Below are positions 13,337-28,195 of a stretch of 64,000 nt of DNA, piece after piece. Below the pieces are notes generated by a model. The model was not told where the DNA came from. It saw only the letters and a list, made by a program, of their open reading frames with translations, and ran no database searches. The stretch lies in the NCBI RefSeq assembly GCF_964213995.1, contig NC_135819.1, positions 52,204,001 to 52,268,000 of the forward strand, given 5' to 3'. This DNA comes from Mustelus asterias. Taxonomy: Eukaryota. The position numbers and the translations under genes were made by a program. Numbering within the stretch: the stretch's first letter is position 1; each line of letters opens with the position of its first letter.

Positions 13337-14112
13337 TAAAACTCCAATGCCTGTGAAGGACTCAATTTCCTTCACCCCCCCCACCATGCAAGCAATGATA
13401 GAATTTTGATTTTTCTGTTAATGTTTCCTCTTGCTATTTGTAGAAATCATGACAAAATAAGCTGTTATTTTCTTTAAAGATAAATATAATCAAAAACTCA
13501 TAACAGGGTTTCAACTTGCACCTAAATGGACACAAAGTGGATAGCCTGATCCCGCTGTCCAACCAATGATACTGGCAAGAGGCAGAAAGTCTTTTCAGGT
13601 TTGCACCGAAATGCTGTATGATCAGCAAACTCCTGGTGCAATTTTTTGACAACACACCTGTGCTGGGGGTGGTGGAGAGCACAGGAGTGACAATATTTAA
13701 ACATGTGTTCATACTACATGTATGTGTATGGAGAATAAAGTCAGAATAAAGATGGCAAGGGATCAAAGATTTTCAGAGAGCACCAGGAGGCTGTTGTGGA
13801 GAGAATCAGCAGAAGGAAGAAAGTTCTATATTTTGCTGATGGGAAATTTGCCAAAGCAAATTTCTCAGCAACAGTGACAAAGCTGGCTGAGCATGCGATT
13901 GTACATAGTATCCTGAAACAATGTTTATTATAGGGTTACCAGTTTTTCTTTCCCATCTGAAAGTATAAAATAATCCATCCCAGAAAATGTGCCAACTTTT
14001 ATTACTCCCAAGAAACTGCATTAAAATTAATCTTGAGCAGTTAAATAGAAATAATCTGATTCTGGCCAAAACAAACATTGGATTCTTATGTTCAAAATTG
14101 GGAGGTTCATAC

Positions 14113-14241
14113 CTCTTTCAAGCTCACAGGCTGTGCAAATATGTGCGCCGTGTCCTTTTCCTGAAGCTGCTCCAAAATTGAGCGCAACATAACAGTTAAT
14201 GGTGTCAGCTGGAGCTCCATAGCCACCTGGTGAACTTTGAC
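14113..14241 (-). CDS. BRD1: BRD1 coding exon 4 ([43 protein letters not shown]), start of bromodomain
   Basis: Translated by hand (not in the ORF track frame); GGCAG acceptor, GTATG donor, 129 nt. Confidence 0.94.
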
Positions 14242-14375
14242 CTGCCAATATTTAATTAAATATGTTTAAAATAAAGTATCTAAAGCTGCATCAAATCACA
14301 AAAGTTAAACTTGAGTAACACCCCTTAATTTGAAATTATCCTAGAAATTTTACAAGAATGGGCATTGAACAGTAC

Positions 14376-14507
14376 CTGTTCACGTTTTAACTTTTCACGT
14401 TTACGAATAAGTTCAACCAGTAACCGTGCTCTTTCTAGGTCATGTCGTAGCCTCTGCCAGTACTTCAGCTGTTCTTTCATGCCATTTTTCTGCTCATCAT
14501 CTGTTCT
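14376..14507 (-). CDS. BRD1: BRD1 coding exon 3 ([44 protein letters not shown])
   Basis: Polypyrimidine tract plus AAG acceptor, GTACT donor, 132 nt; conserved [11 protein letters not shown] motif. Confidence 0.94.
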
Positions 14508-17292
14508 CTTTTCCAATCGGGAAGGAAAGAAAAAGGGAGAGAAAACAAGCAAGAATTCAGAGTACAATTCTCTGGTTAAAAAAAAATTGCGTATAATAGT
14601 TTATATACAAAAATCATTATTTTCTTTCAGTTCCCCGCTAATTTCACTCCGTTCCCCCTTAATTCCACAAATGAAACCCTTTCTCTGTAGCAAAAATCTA
14701 TATATCTATTCAATCACTCTTTCATGCGATCTCTTTGTTCCAGTAAAATTCCTCTTGGATCACCTCTTGGTATGAATCCCATTTTAATTCTTCAAGTCCA
14801 AGAACTGCAGATTGAACATCTATGGTGTGCAACTATTTTAGCCATTCATCATTAGATTTGCTTGAACCACTTAAAACACCATCAGGCCTGCTTTTGCTCA
14901 ACTGTCAAAACTGGTCACTAATCAGGAATCACCCTGGAATGCAAAAATACCAATTCCCTGCTCAGAGTCCTTCAACATAAATGCCTTCAATTAAAAGAAG
15001 CCAACATTTAAAAGCCCATACGTAGCACTGAAAAAAGTCCACGTTATGGGACAATTTTCAGAAGCTGGCCAAACCTTGCCCCTCAGTATTCCACGGAACC
15101 TTGAGATTGAACCTAAAGAAAATTGATGCTAATCAACAGATAGCAGTTCATGTTTGTAAGTTACCGGTGGCAAACAGCATTTGTAAGTACTGATCTAACA
15201 GAAGAGAAACAGAACACTTATGATTGTAAGCTTATCAACAAACTTTTTTTTAAGTTGTAAGCCTTGACCATTTGTTCACCCAGACAGTTCAGACCAAACC
15301 TTAGGATTAGGAATATTAGAGGAGAGAGGGGCAGGTTCACATACCCACACCTCTCTCCTGCCTCCATTAAAAACTATAAATCAGAACCTTCCTGTTCACC
15401 ATTAAACCCTCTTTCCCTCGCATCCTGAGTTAATACACACAATTAGAGATAGGCCATTCAGCCCCCTTGTGTTATGCATTTCCTGATATTTTCAAGCCTA
15501 TTCCCACTGAACTGTTCACCAACCAATTTTCCTCCCCAATCCACATGCTTGTTGACATTGTGAACAACTCCCTCTTCTTAGGTAATGCACTCTCCATTTT
15601 CAAATGTTATCACTCACTTTCCAACAGACACACCCTTGATCTCTTCACCCTTGCAGACCACCACATCTTAAAGTTGAAGTTTATTTATTAGTGTCACAAG
15701 TAGCTTACATTAACACTGCAATGAAGTTACTGTGAAGCTCCCCTAGTCGCCACATTCCGGTGCCTGTTCGGGTACACGGAGACGGAGGGAGAAGTTAGCA
15801 TAGCCAATGCACCCAACATCTTCTACCGTCTTTTCTCTTCCATCATCCTCGAATGTGTTGTTACCTCCCAAATCTGTACCCACTTTCCCCCAACTTCCCC
15901 TCTGCCACAGCACTGAAATGACACTGCCTCAATCAGAAATAACATTGTGATTAGGACGGTCTTGCACTTTCATGCCCCTACTTTGTGACCAGTCTGCAGC
16001 CTTTCACTTAATCACACCTCCTTCTTCAATGCCTCTCTTCCATTGTCCGCCCAGTACAACTGCCCTCACCTGGTTCCATCTTATCTATCTAATTGTAGTC
16101 AGAAAATCTCCGACAATGGATTTTATTACTGCATCAGTACTGTTACCTCTGATCCCCCTAGTACCGATTCTTGGCTTCCTTTAATTGTTTACATGCTGCC
16201 AAGGGGCAGCAACTTCTGAAGAGAGTGTTGTGTTCCATATATACACTTACGACACACAGTTCTACGCCAGTTCCACATTAAACCCACCCCCCACCACCAC
16301 CTTCGCGCTCCCCCCCCCTCACCGTTAACATCTTAGGTTGACCCAGACAGTTTGTAAACTCAGCATCCTCAAACTGAGTTTCCAACCATATCATCACAAT
16401 TACAAAGATTATCCACTTCTACCTGCATAACAGGACAATGTTATGCAACTTTTGAGAAAAACAATTGAAGAGTAATGTGTATTTTACTAAAGTTCACTGC
16501 ATAATGTTTCATGAATTCTTGGAATCACTGCCTTCCAACAAACAGTATCTCCTAAATTGATGAACAACTTGCACTTCTTTCACTTGTATGTTAACATCAG
16601 TAACACAAAGACACACACGGATACATGCACACACAGACACAAAGCATGGACAAACAAGCATATTATTTTCATATTTGAAAGATTTCCATTGGCATTTTCA
16701 ACAAGAATATTACATATCTTAACAGTAGGAACATTGACTTTTCACTAAGAGCAGCCATTACAAATGGTTACTTTGCCTATTTTTAAAAAGTCTTATGGAT
16801 ATCTCCCCATCCATGTGCATCCTGTTCAAACAGTAATTGTGGTTGAAAAGATAAGTGCACTTGAGTCTTGGTCTTTACCAATATCACTATTTACTAATGA
16901 CAAGGTATAAATAAATAAGACAAAATGGCTCTCATTAAAATTTTCCTTTCTTGCACAGAAATATTTGGCCTGAAGTCAGAGATTAGAAACTCAGAACAGA
17001 CAGAACAAAAATCTAATTTATGACCCAGGCATTTCACAATAGGACATGTCAAAGCAACCACTTCTTTAAAGAAAATTCTATTTCAATATTGGCATATGCA
17101 GCCTGTAATGCAACACTAAATATCTTCATAGTTTAAACCCAAAATGGATTTGTGACGAGTCAAAACAGGAAAGTAAATTCAACTTTCTAGATCAGGTACC
17201 ATCTCAAATCAGATGTAATCTTTTCACAAACAGCTGGTTTGACAAGTCTGAATACGGAGGAAAAGGAAAGAAAAGCAATACATAACCAATAC

Positions 17293-17449
17293 CTGCTGTG
17301 CACTTCTCGGAGTCTGCAAGTGTGACTGTAATCGTCGAAGTAGGGGTACACCATTTCTTGATTGTCGTTTAAGTGTCCAGTAAACATATAATCTCTGTAT
17401 AAACTGTTTCTTTCGTGGCACTGACACCTGACACATGATTTTGTTTAGC
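17293..17449 (-). CDS. BRD1: BRD1 coding exon 2 ([53 protein letters not shown])
   Basis: TTTGCAG acceptor, GTATT donor, 157 nt, phase matches the previous exon; BRPF-type YWxLKRxSRNGxPLLRRLQ motif. Confidence 0.95.
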
Positions 17450-17929
17450 CTGCAAAGAAAAAGCATCCTAAAGTAATAATTTACTGTCATAAACAATCAT
17501 AAAGACGTTTTGGGAAACTGAAGTCCAAGTGGTGAAGATGCTTTATTTAATATTGCATCAACTTTCTTTTTGCCCATTATTTTAATTATTTTTAGTCAAA
17601 GCCTGTGCCCTCGTATTTTGTTCCACAAGCAAAACAGAGATCCAAGGAAGAGTCAAAAATGTTAATTTTGCTTCTCTCTCCACAGACACTTCTGAACCTG
17701 CTGAGTTTTTCCAGCACTTTTGTTTCTACTTCAGATCTCCAGCATCCACAGTATTTTGCTTTTACATTTTGTAGATGTTCATGGATTCATTAAAACAAAG
17801 GAAAACGTCAGAGACTATGATAGTAATTTGGCAATGCTTTTACAATTTCTTGCTCTTACTACAATAAAAATGCAATTAATACTTTTTGTATAAAAGTATG
17901 AGTAGAAACATGAAGCAATCCTTGTCCAA

Positions 17930-18710
17930 GTGCAGCAAGACCTGGACAATATCCAGTTTTAGGCTGACAAGGGGCAAGCACCACACAAGTGCCAGGCAAT
18001 GACAACATTGAACAACAGAGAATTAACCAACTTGACATTCAATGGAATTACCATCACTGAATTCCCCCACTATCAACATCCTGGGGGTTACAATTGACTC
18101 AAAACTGAACTGGATTAGCCATATAAATACTGTGGCTGCATGAGCAGGTCAGAAGGCTAGGAATCCTACGGCGAGTAATTCATCACCTAACTTAAGCCGA
18201 CTCACCATCCATAAGGCACATGCCAGGAGTGTGATAGAATGCTCTCCACTTGCCTGGATGAATGCAGCTCCAAGAACACTCAAGAAGCTCGATGCCATCA
18301 AGGACAAAACAGTCTGCTTGATTGGCACCTCTTCCACAGTCACTCCACAACGACGAACAGTGGCAGCAGTGTGTATCATTTACCTGATGCACTGCAGGAA
18401 CTCAGCAAGGTTCCTTAGACATTATCTTCCAAACCCATGACCACTACCATTCAAGGCAGACAAGAACAGCAGACATATGGGGAAGTTCCCCTCCAAGCCA
18501 CATACCAGCCTATCCCAGAAAGATATTGCCATTACTTCACTGTTGCTGGGTCAAAGTCCTGCAACTCTTTCCCTAACAGCACAATGGGTGTACATACACC
18601 ATAAGAACTGCAGCAGTTCAAGAAGGCATCTCCACCACCACCTTTTCAAGGGCAATTAGGGATAGGCAATAAATGCTGGCCTAGCCAGCAATATCCACAT
18701 CCCATAAATT
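17930..18710 (+). mobile_element. Degenerate CR1/L2-clade LINE 3' fragment; inverted 3' ends at about 3290-3420 and 51320-51590
   Basis: Fragments such as ECSPLAWMNAAPRTLKKLDAIKDK; shared CCACCACCTT..CAAGGGCAATTAGGGA tail. Confidence 0.65.
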
Positions 18711-19039
18711 AATTTTAAAAAAACGAAAGAAATGAGTGGGCTGAGGAGCTTGAAATTAAAAAAGATACCTTTGCATGTTATGGTTAATTCAAAAATATAA
18801 TTGGAATGTCACTGCACATTATTTGTTTAAAGTAGGCTCCCATGCAACATTCTATAATATTTAACGATCTTGACACTTTATTGCAATCTTACAATAAAAC
18901 AATTTGCAACTGCATTACATGACAAGATTTGAAAGGAAAAGTACAGGTCAATAATGCAGCACAGATGTGACTGTTAGACTAATTACAAAGATTCTTCACT
19001 AATGTCCAAAAATAATGAAAATTTAGTCAACCAATTTAT

Positions 19040-19779
19040 GGGGGCGAACTTACGAAAAAAAATTTGAAGTCCAGGATGAGCACGAAAACGGGAGAGTTTC
19101 TAATCTGTTTTTTGGATGAGTCCAAATCTGCAATCGTATCCACTTAGACTAAAAAAAATCAAAAACCATTTCTCGCCTGTCGGGGAGGGGATGGAGCTTG
19201 GTCCCTCTGCTGAGAGGGCAGAGATGCTGTTACTCAGCCTCTGCTACTGTCAGCCAGCCTCAACTACAGCAACCCACCCCCACACAGCGAGCCCCTTCCC
19301 GCTCAGACTGAACGACCTCACGACCCCTCACCCCTGGATTGACCCCCCCCACGCACCATCACAGATCAGCCACACCCCCCCCCCCCCCCCCCCCAAAGTT
19401 TGGCCCCACTTCCCCCAGTAGGCTCTGCCCTCCCCTCAGGTCCCACCTGATGCCTGGTGGCAGTGCCAGGGTACCAGGCTGGCACCGCCCAAGGGGCACC
19501 CCCCACTTTTTCTCGACCTCTCCATGGTCTCTGATTCTGGTCCAGATGATAATGTCCCGGGCTCATTAATTCAATACAAAATACATTTAAATTTAATTTA
19601 AATAATTTAATCAACCGTGTGCCAGAAATGGGCGTGAAGCTGACATCATCAGGTTTCTGGTGCCTGTAAGATCCCGAGAGGCAAGAAATCAGGTGCGAAC
19701 CCAATTTCTCACCTCTCTCGCAATTTTACTGGCTCGCCCCGCCCATCAGCTAGCACGGCGCAACGGTAAGATTGCCCCC
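19040..19779. mobile_element. TIR MITE-like element with 3-bp TSD (TAT)
   Basis: GGGGGCGAACTTAC ... GTAAGATTGCCCCC imperfect TIRs, TAT on both flanks. Confidence 0.7.
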
Positions 19780-22700
19780 TATATCTGCAACATAGGCATG
19801 TGTGCTATGAAATTATTTATCTGATATTCAGTCTTGGGAGATACTCAGCAGATTAAAGCCATCATCTTTGGTCCACAACACAAATTCAGTATCCTTGCCA
19901 TCAACCCCACACCCATAACCCAACATCGTCACAAACTGATCCAGGTTGTCCATAATTACATGCTCCTATTAAAACACAAGCTAAGCTTCCAGCCCCAAAT
20001 CATCACATGAATCATCGCCTACTTGAACTCAAATATAAAGACTTACCCTCAATACCAGCTCTCCTGCTGCTGAAACCCATATCCATGTCGCCCTTCCAGG
20101 TGTGATTACTCCAATACTTTGCAGCTTGGCCTCCCATCCTCTAAAAAAGTGCAGCTAGCTCATGAAAAACTCCACAGTCCAAACTTTATTCCTCACCATA
20201 CTGCTCCTCTTCTCTTGTAACATCCTCCTTCACGCCCACCTCAAAACAAGTTTTGGTCAATCAGCACAACTCAACACCCCTATGAAGGATTGTATAAATC
20301 CTCAACACCCCTACAAACACACTGTATTAATGCAAATTATTACTGCAACTACATACATGTGCACTCTGTTGCAGCTTGTCAAAATAACATGGCTAAAACA
20401 TGCATTTATGCTGCATTGACCAAATGAGCCCTCCTCGTCGATAACATTTTGAAATGGAGAAACATTCAATCAAAATGACAACACAATAGTACAGGACTTT
20501 TAACTGTTCAATTGTGAAACTGCTAACTTTTGTTGATGAAAGCAGTCAGTAGCTAGAAAGTACCTCCAATGAATACCGCAGATCTTAAAATGGGCAAGAA
20601 TCGAATATTAAGAACATCTGAAAGAAAGGCTTTCAGACAAACTACATTTCACCATTTCAGAACATCCAAAAACTAATTTAAAGTCAATGAAGTTCTCTTA
20701 AAGTGCACTCAGATTGCAATACAGGAAATTTATCTTGGACTTCAAGTCTTCAGAGGCTGACATGACAAACATGCACTGACTAAGAAGATGGAATCAGTAT
20801 TTAAATATAATCAAAATGCACTCAAAATAAGTTAGCATCCTCATAGCTGCCCAGCTTCATTTCATACAAGAATTATTCTTGGGATGAGAAACTTCAGTTA
20901 TGAGGATTGGCTGGAAAAGTAGGGACCCTTCCTTGGAGAAAAGAAGACTGGGAAGAGATTTGATAGAAGTATTCAAAATTATGAGGAGCCTGGATGGAGT
21001 AGACAGGGGAAACTGCTCCCACTCAAGAAAGAATCTAAAGTAATTTAAAGTAATCTGTTGAAGAAACAAAAGTGATAAGAGAAAAAAGCCTTTTCACACA
21101 GCAAGTTTTAAGGAACTGGAATGCATTGCCTGAGAGTGCGGTGAATGGAAGTTCAATTGAGGCATTCAACAGAGAATTAGACGATTATCTGAAAAGAAAA
21201 AATCTACAGTGTCACTGGACAAAGGCAGGAGAATGGCTGTGGGTGAAATGGTCATTTGGAAACAGCACAGACATGATGGGCCAATTCTTGATCTTGCTGA
21301 ACTAGCTGACCTCACTCAGGGCACAAATACAGATACAAATGTCCTTAACCTCCAGCTAAAAAGGAGATAAATTAGCCAAAATTATAATTTCTGATTATTA
21401 CTCCATTACATGTGCACTAGTTTACTCCTGTTTGACAATGATCAATGGGCTAAATAGACCGTCAATTCACCCTGTCCTTTTGCCAAATTATTGGAGGACT
21501 GTCACTTGTAAAACTGAACTGCAGCGAGTATGCAAATATATTTTGCAGAATTAAAAATAGACATAAAATGCTTCTTTAAAAAAAACGCAATGAACTATAA
21601 AGTATATTATGAAAGCTCAAAACCTGAAATGTAAACAGAAAATGGCAATAGTCAACATTTGAGGGATGATCTTTGCCACAGCTGTTTTCAGGTCAATGTC
21701 CTTTCATTCTGAAATGGCAACCAGAAACATTAACTCAATTTCTCTCTCCACAAATTCTGCTCGACCTGCTGAGGAGTTCCACTATTATCTGTTTTATTAA
21801 TGGAGTACATTGAAATTCAGGAGAACTTTCGCCCTTGCCAAAATTATAAAAAAGCATGGATGTTGTCTTAAAATAGCGTACCTAGTGTTTTCTTTCTGTT
21901 TTATATGCAGTTGAATAATTGATCTTTGAAATATTATTGTAACTTTCTTTTCTATTAAAGGATATGGAGGGGGGGAAATGGGAAGAGATGTTGCAATATT
22001 TTCCATCCAGCTACTTTTGTTGATCATTACACCATCCAAATTATGCCATCTGTAATATTTATTCTGCGGAGATAAAAACAGTAGGCTGCTCGATCCACAA
22101 TTTTGTCATAATTAAGCTATATGCTCAAATGGCACTCAGTAAGATTTTCTTTCATGACAGTCATAAAATGCAGTCTCGGCAAAAAGTGAACTAAACCCAA
22201 TGTAACAGTAGTAATGAACCAGGTATTTATCCAAACAAACAATAAACTGAAGGTTATTTATTGTTGATAGCGCGTCTTCCTGATGAGGAGACCCTCATCT
22301 GTCCTCTTGCGTAGGTGTAAAAGATGCCTCAACACTATTTAACAAAAAGCAGGGAGTTCTTGCCAGTGCCCTAGCTGATACCTACCCCTCAAGCAATACC
22401 TAAACATATTAGCCACTCATGATATCATTGCTGTCTGGGGGCCCTTGCTGTGCAAAAATTGGCTAGGACTATTACATTACAACAGTGACAGTAATTCCAA
22501 AATATATACTAGCTGTTAATACTTTGGGATGCACCTGAGGAAGTGAATGGAGCTATCAAAATGCGAGACATGTTTTTTCTTTAAAATTACAATGATCAAA
22601 AAAGAGGCAAAAAAGTAGGAAGTCCAGTTAGTCACAAATTAAAGGATTAAGACAGCATGAAAAATTAAAGATCTGCATCAAGGCCTGGAATTTTCTGGAT

Positions 22701-25700
22701 CCCTTGGGCAGAAAAGATGGAAAAAATTATGCCTGTTTCTATGCCAAACGAAGCTGCATGAATTTATGTCCAAATTTGTGGATAATTGCAGCACAGGGGC
22801 TGAGACAATCCGCAACATTTTAAACGTGAAGAGGACACTCAGTAGAGCGCATATCTTCACTACGCTGTGTTAACCCAATATTATTACAATTATACAGCTC
22901 TTGATTGAGGCTCGTCCCTGCCTGGTTGATGCTCTGTAACTACAAAGCTAAAAAATCTTATTAAAAGCTTCTATTTCACTGAGCAGATTTCAGAGCAGTC
23001 CACATCCAACAACCTACTTTGAAAACTCTGCTCACGTTTTGACAACTATGACAAATTTCACCACACAAAAAAAATCAATTCATCCTATGTTAATGGATCT
23101 TCTAAAAATTCCAGGATTCAGATCTTCAATAATTAATCACTTCTTCCTTGGGCCAAACCCGAACTGTGTTTGAATGCTTTTTTGCTACATTGTTTACAAA
23201 CAGACTAATTGGGATGAAAACATAACCTCCATTCACCTACAGTGGCAGAGATAACCAACAGGAATCAGGATAAACAATCAATGCCTGAGGGAGATGTGGA
23301 CGATATGCCAGCTTCCTTCTTTAAGCTTGTATATCTTATTAATGTAATAAAAATTAAGTTTGAAGTCATCAAAGCATACCTTATGCACACTAAGCAGAGC
23401 ATGTTTACAAAAATGCTGCTGTAGAAGCTTCTCTCAAATGTCCACATTAAAAAAAGGAAAATACAGTATAATCTCCACGTGAAATACAGAGAATAAAGAC
23501 ATTTGTAGGAGCCAAATAACATTCCAGTAATTCAGGAACGGCGTTAGTGATTGAGGACATTCACACGTATGATCCCAAATCAGTAAAGAGTGAGTTTTCT
23601 TGGGGGTGGAGGGGCGATTAAAAACCGACATAATCTCACTCTTACTGTCATTATGCTAAAATGTTGAACAAAGTCTAGGCCAGAATTTTGCTAGGAAATG
23701 AGGCAATTAGCAATATTGTGTTGCATTCTTACTTTACATTCTCAAAATATAATTCTACAGCAGTACAAAAGTATTAAAAGTAAAAACAAAACACTTGCAT
23801 TTGACTTTTGTACCATGAGTAGATCTAATAATCCACAATGTATTTGTTTTCATCACTGGGAATTAAAAAATACACAGTACTATATTTGCCTGGGTCTGAA
23901 GTATTTTAACAACAAGATTAACTGGATGGAATTTGGGACACTTCTTCTACATCTCCTCCATCCATGTTTTTATTTAATAGTTTAAACAAACAACTTCACT
24001 TCAGTTTTAATTATTCAACTGCATTATAAATTGAAAGAAAGCACCAGAAATTCGATTCAAGATCTCTGGCATGAGATCATTGGGTGGTCGTCCATACCTC
24101 CATAAACAAAACATGATCCCTGAAAGTATCAGTGATTTGTTTCCCAAAAGTCTACATGTGTACTGTGACATAAGGGCAGCACTTTGGCATAGTGGTTAGC
24201 ACTGCTGCCTCAGCACCAGGGACCTGGGTTTCATTCTAGCCTTGGGGAGACTGTGTGGAGTTTGCACATTCTTCCTGCATCTGCGTGGGCTTCCTCCAGG
24301 TGCTCTGGTTTCCTCCCACAATCGAAGGATGTGCAGGTTAGGTGGATTGGTCATGCTAAATTAATGTCCTTAATGTCCCAAGATGTGTAGGTTAGGGGGA
24401 TTAGCGGGTTAAATACGTGGGATTATGGGGATAGGGCCTAGGTAAAATGCTCTGTCGGAGGCTCAGTGCAAACTTAATGGGCTGAATAGCTTCCTTCTGC
24501 ATTATTGGAATTCTGTGACATGCAACACTTTTTAATTCTGGCTTAAAACGTCCCAAGGAGCTTTACAGGGGTGTAAGAAAAAATAAAAAAGGCAACAAAT
24601 CAAAGATGATATCAGAAAGCTGACCAAGGCCTGGACAAAAAAACTAAAATTTAAAAGAGAATATGAAATTAAACAAGACAGACAGATCTCCTGAAATGTG
24701 GACTCTAAACAGCTGAAGACATAGTGAGCCAATGGTAAAAATGTAGCACTGGAGGTAGTTACATGGCTAGGGAGAGGCAAGATACCGGTAACATTTATTT
24801 ATATTAGCCCTTATGCCCATGTTCTCCATTGTAATATCCATTTCTTGAAAGCTGTCTGTAATATTAAGAGTCAAAAGTTTGCCTTCTATTTTCTTTGTCC
24901 TCTCCACCTTGCCAAATCAAACAACTCCTTCAACTCACCAACTAAATCAAAGCATAGTGACTTTGCTGCATAACAATCTGGGAGAGTGTTTCACAGACCT
25001 TGCATGAGGTGGAGTAATCCAAGTGTTCCTAACAAGTTTTTGCAGCCATCACCCCAGATCCACTAAACTGCATTGGTTTCTGGCCTGGCAAAGCTTTAAT
25101 TATAACATTCTTATTGTGTTCAAGCTCTCCAAGACCTCACACTCCCTATCTTTGCAACCTCTTCCAGTCATACAAACTTCCTCCAACTTTGCACTCCTCC
25201 CAACTCTGGCCTCTGGTGCATTTCTCATTTTCTGCACCACATCATTTACGAAAATGGCACCAGCCATCCAGACTACAAGATTTGAAAGGTTTTCTCTCAA
25301 TATCTCCCAACTGAAACCCACCTCTTTAACCACGCTTTTGGTCACATGTCCTCATGATTTTCTTCGATTTAGTATCAAATTTTGTCTGACTACTCTGAAA
25401 TACCTTTGTGGACATTTTACTATATTAAAATATGCTTATAAAGTGCAAGTAATTATTGGTGACCCACATGGAAGTTTACCTTAAAAGAGGAAATCTTAAG
25501 AAGTGCACTTAGCCAAATGGTAAGTTTCATGCAAGTTGATCTGACATGTTTTAAAAATGTCAATTCCTTGTTACCACACTCACAATCAGGGTTTACTTGC
25601 CAAAGTATTGTTCTAAAGTGCCACCATTTACAGACGGGTGGTAAAACTTCAAACTGGTTCAAGAATGAATCTGAACTGTTTGGTCTTGAAGAAATATTGT

Positions 25701-26828
25701 CATCTCAGTGTATAATTAATGACTTCACAGCAGAGGGAAAAAAGACAACGTTTTAGGTTTTCATTGTCAGGTATACAGTCAATTAAATGTGTTAATAATT
25801 TCTTCCGCGTGAGACATTCTTCTCCTTCATGCACTAACAGTTTCTGCATTGCTCGTTTGAGTGCGGGACCTCATTTTGCCTTTAACCTGTTAACTTTCTA
25901 TCCATTTTTAAAGATCCGAACACTCTCAATAAATAAAAGATCTCACATCGCATTATACCAATAATTTGGGGCATAGAGCTCTGTGCAGATTACCTTCATT
26001 GGGCTGATGTTGCTGTCTCAAAATCTTGCACTGGTTTCTCAGAGTGAATGAGTACTCGGAGCTCTCAGAAATGGGCTTTGACCGACAAGATCTTGGTGCT
26101 GGAAAGCTTTGTTTTCTGGAGGGGTGTCAAGGGGATATGTCACTGCAGTGCAGCTTGTGCATATTGGAGGCTTAAGTGTATTAGGCTGAGCAAAGTTTGG
26201 AAGTTTCCAGAGAGCTGCTTTGTGCTCAAGCATGTAAATGGCTTCTTTCCTTTGCTGCTTCTCTCGACAGTCTTTCCATTCTACTTTACTCTATTTCTAT
26301 CTCCTAATGCTGTCACTTTCCTCCTTTCTCTCTAGTAACCTGGTCTTGTCACTATCCCTTTCTATATTTTTTTCTTCCTTCAAGGAGAGTGCAGGAGTGA
26401 AAATGAGGAGCAGCATTAGCCAGCAGCATAACGTAACAAGAGTGAAATAGCTATAATGCAAGTGAGTTAGATTTACACAACCTTTATTTTACAATCACTT
26501 CATATAATCAACATTAGTTGGGGGGAGTTCAGGACAGTGAATGGATGTGGTGCCAACTGCTAACAAAGTGCAGTGTGTACACAAATTCAAGGCTGTTGAT
26601 TTGTGTGGTGGGAGCGAGAAAGGTTTGAATAGGGGAAAGGGCAATTTAAAAATCAGAAAGTATTACTGAATTGCCTTCAAAGTTTACGTATTGTATGACT
26701 GACTGCATACCACAGATTTTTTTCAGAGTATGATTTGTTTGGAAAGAGAGTTCATTTCAGAGGCTGCAGATTTCATAACAAAGCCTAAAATGAAAACATG
26801 TATTGAACAAGTTTGCAAAGACACTCAC

Positions 26829-28195
26829 CTGTCAGGCTGAATGCATGGGACAGATACTACCGGCACAGCAGTACATTTTTCAACTAAGAGTTTACGAGCT
26901 TTCTTGGTCTTCTGCCTTGCCTTACATTTTGTTTTAGTTGCCTTGTTAGGTGAATCTTTTTTACATATGCCATTTTTCACTTCAGCTGGCTCATAAATGT
27001 TTAATGGCCTTCTCACGCACCCAGGAGGCGTGTGCACAGCACAGAAAGCAGTCTTTTTCACAGTGAATGTTGTTGTTCCATTGGATGCAGTTTCTTTAAC
27101 AGGCTCCATTTTCATGTACAGACCTGCTTGTTGAGCACAAGTTACATGGAATGCTGTATAACAATTTGCCTTTTGGCACTGGATGCAAGCACCAAGCCCT
27201 TTCTGTTTGCAGAGGTAGCATGTCAATTTCCACCTGGCTGCTGGAATGTTCTTGACACCATCAATAGGCTCTATGAATACAGTGTTAGCAAATCCAACTT
27301 CAGGAACCCATAGTGCACAAACAACATGACCCCACTGACCATCATCTGTCTTCTTGAAAGCACCACCCTTATTTGGGCACAAGATACAATCAACAGGTCG
27401 CGAAGGGGATTGCAAACAACGACGGCACAACCACTGTCCTTCGGGTATATAAGGAACTCCATAGCATTCCTGATGCACTGCTAAGTTACACATGTCGCAA
27501 AACAATATTACATTACTGTTTTGACATTCGCCATCCATGCAAATACAACAAACAGCATCTTCATCAATTAGCGACTGAGGATCACCTTGATTAGAATTTT
27601 CAAAGTAAGATTCCTTCTCTAGTTTATCCATGAGGAACTCAAACACATTCTGCGAAACTGCACTCAAACCATCACTTTTGCGCCTTTCATTAATCATTTC
27701 CAACCATGCATAATCCTCTTCATCCATATCGTATTCAACTTCATTATTGAGCTCCTCTGGAGATTTCTCAATGAGTCTGTAATAAGATGAAGGCCGACGA
27801 GGTGCTGAAGGTGGTTCATAATCTACTATTCTAAATCTGGGTTCTGGCAATGCATTCACTTGTGTTGGAGCTCCATGTGTACTCGGAGTAGTGGCATCCT
27901 TCTTTTTCACTTTATTAGATTTGTACCTTTTAGTCTTTACGAAAACAAGAGGACGCTCACTATTTTCCTTGTTGCTGTTACATTCAACAATTTCTTGGGC
28001 AGTTAGGTCATCTTCTGAAATGATTTCCAAAGGATCATAAATACTGATCCTGTGCAGCCGACCATCAATCTCCATTTCAACCATTCGCTGTGCTTGAGCA
28101 TATGTTAGCATTTCACGGCTTGGTGAATGCTTCAGGCTGCAAGGTGAAGCTGGACGCCTTGCTGTCCCTCGTTGGCACCTTCCTTTCCTTCTCAT
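26829..28195 (-). CDS. BRD1: BRD1/BRPF2 first coding exon (EPC-like N-terminus, PHD-zinc knuckle-PHD module)
   Basis: ORF 26825..28195 reads MRRKGRC...[24 protein letters not shown]...[13 protein letters not shown]...[50 protein letters not shown]. Ends in an AG|GTGAG donor (exon end 26829); acceptor about 15 nt upstream of the ATG. Confidence 0.97.

Noticed and set aside
15800-16210. Possible L2 RT remnant (LCDQSAAF-like motif); similar L2-like tail at 25020-25440
   Set aside because: Too degraded to delimit or classify with confidence.
19374-19394. Poly-C run (and poly-G at about 3798-3812)
   Set aside because: Simple homopolymers with no further structure; lengths are unreliable.
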